From NCBI GenBank assembly GCA_035304285.1, contig DATGQI010000036.1, positions 4,446 through 68,445 on the forward strand: DNA of 64,000 nt, given 5' to 3'. Source of the DNA: Woeseiaceae bacterium (GTDB lineage: Bacteria > Pseudomonadota > Gammaproteobacteria > Steroidobacterales > Woeseiaceae). Positions 62,073 to 64,000 of the stretch are shown here, in pieces; position 1 is the stretch's first letter; every line of letters begins with the position of its first letter. A program made the position numbers and the translations under genes. The notes beneath the pieces were generated by a model. That model did not search any database. It was not told the DNA's origin and was given only the letters and a program-made list of their open reading frames with translations.

Positions 62073-64000
62073 ATGACAGATCCCCTCGAGCAAAGCTCCC
62101 TCCGTTATCACAGCCTGCCGACGCCGGGCAAACTCGAAATTGCATCGACCAAGCCGCTGTCTAACCAGCTCGACCTCGCGCAGGCGTATTCGCCCGGAGT
62201 TGCGTACCCGTGCCTGCGTATCAAATCCCGGCCTGACGAAGCCGCGCTGTACACGACGCGCGGCAACCTGGTGGCGGTGATCACCAACGGTACCGCCGTG
62301 CTGGGGCTGGGTAATATCGGCCCGCTGGCTGCCAAGCCCGTGATGGAAGGCAAAGCCGTCATCTTCAAACGCTTCGCCGGCATCGACGTCTTCGACCTGG
62401 AGGTAGATGAGACCGATCCGGATATGCTCGTCGAAGTGATCGCGCGGCTCGAGCCTACTTTCGGCGGAATCAACCTGGAGGACATCAAGGCGCCCGAATG
62501 CTTCGAGGTGGAACGGAAGCTGCGCGCACGCATGAACATCCCTGTGTTCCATGATGACCAGCACGGTACCGCTATCGTGTCCGCGGCCGCGATCCGGAAC
62601 GGCCTGCGCCTGGTGAACAAGACCATCGAGGACGTGAAACTGGTATCGACCGGCGGCGGCGCGGCGAGCCTCGCCTGCCTCGACCTGCTGGTGCGCATCG
62701 GCCTGCCGCCGGCCAATATCACGCTGGTGGACCTGCAGGGGGTCGTTTACGAAGGGCGCACGGAGGATATGAATCCTTACAAGGCCCGGTACGCCCGCGC
62801 GACGGAGTTGCGCACCCTGGGCGAGGCGATCGAGGGGGCGGACATCTTTCTCGGCCTTTCGGCACCGGACGTGCTCAGCGCGGACATGGTGCGAACCATG
62901 GCGGACCGGCCGCTCATTCTGGCTTTGGCAAATCCGACGCCTGAGATACTGCCGGAAGTTGCCCGCGAAGCTCGCCCGGACGCGATCATGGCCACGGGCA
63001 GGTCGGATTACCCGAACCAGGTGAACAACGTACTCTGTTTCCCGTTCCTGTTCCGTGGCGCGCTGGACGTCGGCGCCACCGCGGTAAACGACGAAATGGA
63101 GATAGCCTGCGTCCATGCCATCGCCGACCTGGCGCTCCTGGAATCGAGCTACGAAGTCGCGAGCGTGTACCAGGGCGAGGCGCTGCGATTCGGCCCTGAC
63201 TACCTGATCCCGAAGCCCTTCGACCAGCGGCTGATGGCGCACGTATCTTTCGCCGTGGCGAAAGCTGCCATGGACAGCGGAGTTGCGGCCCGGCCGATCT
63301 CCGACCTGGAGGCTTACCGGCAGAAGCTCAAGAGCTTCAGCCATCGCACCGCCCTGTTCATGCAGCCGGTAATTGATGTCGCCAAGCGGGGTCGGGAACG
63401 GCTTGCGTACGCAGAAGGGGAAAGCGACAGCATTCTTCGCACGGTCCAGACAGCGGTGGACGAGGGTATCGCCGATCCTATTGTCATTGGACGCGCGGCG
63501 GTCGTTGCCAACAAAATCCAGGCGCTCGGCTTGCGGCTGCGCGAAGGCATTGATTTCGAACTTGTGGACCCGCAGCAAGACCCGCGCTACCGGGAATATT
63601 GGCAGTTCTACCACTCACGCGTGGCGCGCAAAGGCGTCTCGGTCGAAGCGGCCAAGGAAGCCATGCGCACGGACAACACCGTCATAGCGGCGTGCCTCGT
63701 GGCGCTGGAGGACGCCGACGCGATGATTTGCGGCACGGTAGGCCGCTTCGACCGGCATTTGCGCCACATCATAGACATCATCGGGGTGGAGTCTTCCGAG
63801 CGGAGGATCTCCTCGATGAGCGTGCTGATCCTGCCGCAAGGTCCATTGTTCATAGCAGATACGCATATCGGGATTGACCCGACGGCGGAACAGATCGTCG
63901 ATACCACGCTTGCCTGCACTGACCGGATCAGCGACTTCGGCATCAAGCCGCGGGTAGCGCTGCTGTCGCATTCCAATTTCGGCTCATCGCGCGCCCCTGC
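62073..64000 (+). CDS. maeB: NADP-dependent malic enzyme with C-terminal phosphotransacetylase-like domain, 3' end outside window
   Basis: Open frame from the ATG at 62073 to the window end. It is absent from the track because no stop lies in the window. LRYHSLPTPGKLEI...AYSPGVA...TNGTAVLGLGNIG...FHDDQHGTAIV match MaeB. The 542-aa antisense ORF is spurious. Confidence 0.85.
   Translation, partial: MTDPLEQSSLRYHSLPTPGKLEIASTKPLSNQLDLAQAYSPGVAYPCLRIKSRPDEAALYTTRGNLVAVITNGTAVLGLGNIGPLAAKPVMEGKAVIFKRFAGIDVFDLEVDETDPDMLVEVIARLEPTFGGINLEDIKAPECFEVERKLRARMNIPVFHDDQHGTAIVSAAAIRNGLRLVNKTIEDVKLVSTGGGAASLACLDLLVRIGLPPANITLVDLQGVVYEGRTEDMNPYKARYARATELRTLGEAIEGADIFLGLSAPDVLSADMVRTMADRPLILALANPTPEILPEVAREARPDAIMATGRSDYPNQVNNVLCFPFLFRGALDVGATAVNDEMEIACVHAIADLALLESSYEVASVYQGEALRFGPDYLIPKPFDQRLMAHVSFAVAKAAMDSGVAARPISDLEAYRQKLKSFSHRTALFMQPVIDVAKRGRERLAYAEGESDSILRTVQTAVDEGIADPIVIGRAAVVANKIQALGLRLREGIDFELVDPQQDPRYREYWQFYHSRVARKGVSVEAAKEAMRTDNTVIAACLVALEDADAMICGTVGRFDRHLRHIIDIIGVESSERRISSMSVLILPQGPLFIADTHIGIDPTAEQIVDTTLACTDRISDFGIKPRVALLSHSNFGSSRAP

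Noticed and set aside
61986-63614. 542-aa ORF on the minus strand
   Set aside because: It lies antisense to a clear MaeB reading frame (62073 to the window end) and has Arg/Gly/His-rich low-complexity composition with no motifs. This is a typical shadow ORF of GC-rich DNA.

Overview
GC-rich chromosomal segment that looks gammaproteobacterial. Strong third-codon G/C bias creates many long antisense shadow ORFs in the supplied track. I call about 53 protein-coding genes. I found no rRNA or tRNA genes, no transposase or integrase genes, and no CRISPR array. Gene order: mtnA (partial) and an mtnB-like gene; small secreted/periplasmic genes; a TetR unit; ypfJ; tamA-tamB; a SIMPL lipoprotein; c-di-GMP-I riboswitch 1 plus an FAD oxidoreductase; a ybdG-like MscS channel; an RND efflux operon with two adaptors and two pumps; secreted proteins (GlyGly-CTERM, TPR, M28 peptidase, DUF885-like); a DadA-like oxidase; a PQQ dehydrogenase with cytochrome c; a complete ectoine/hydroxyectoine cluster (ectR, ectABCD-ask, plus an SSS transporter); a stress-gene island; a c-di-GMP signalling neighbourhood; a ZIP transporter; maeB (partial). 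Three results stand out. (1) Two paralogous c-di-GMP-I (GEMM-I) aptamers lie 42 kb apart. One abuts the start codon of an uncharacterised two-gene module (polytopic membrane protein plus VWA-like lipoprotein) flanked by diguanylate cyclase/phosphodiesterase genes. This is my best candidate for an undescribed c-di-GMP output system. (2) Four perfect and one near-perfect sigma-54 promoters (TGGCAC-N5-TTGCA) all sit upstream of genes between 46.5 and 54 kb. They surround an NtrC-type activator whose receiver has Asn in place of the phospho-acceptor Asp, which suggests a compact sigma-54 stress regulon (USPs, ChaB, a PNPOx-family protein, DUF1028, an SDR-VKOR-like fusion). (3) Several candidate operators and two REP-like repeat families. 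All functional calls come from reading the translations and motifs by eye. No database search was run.
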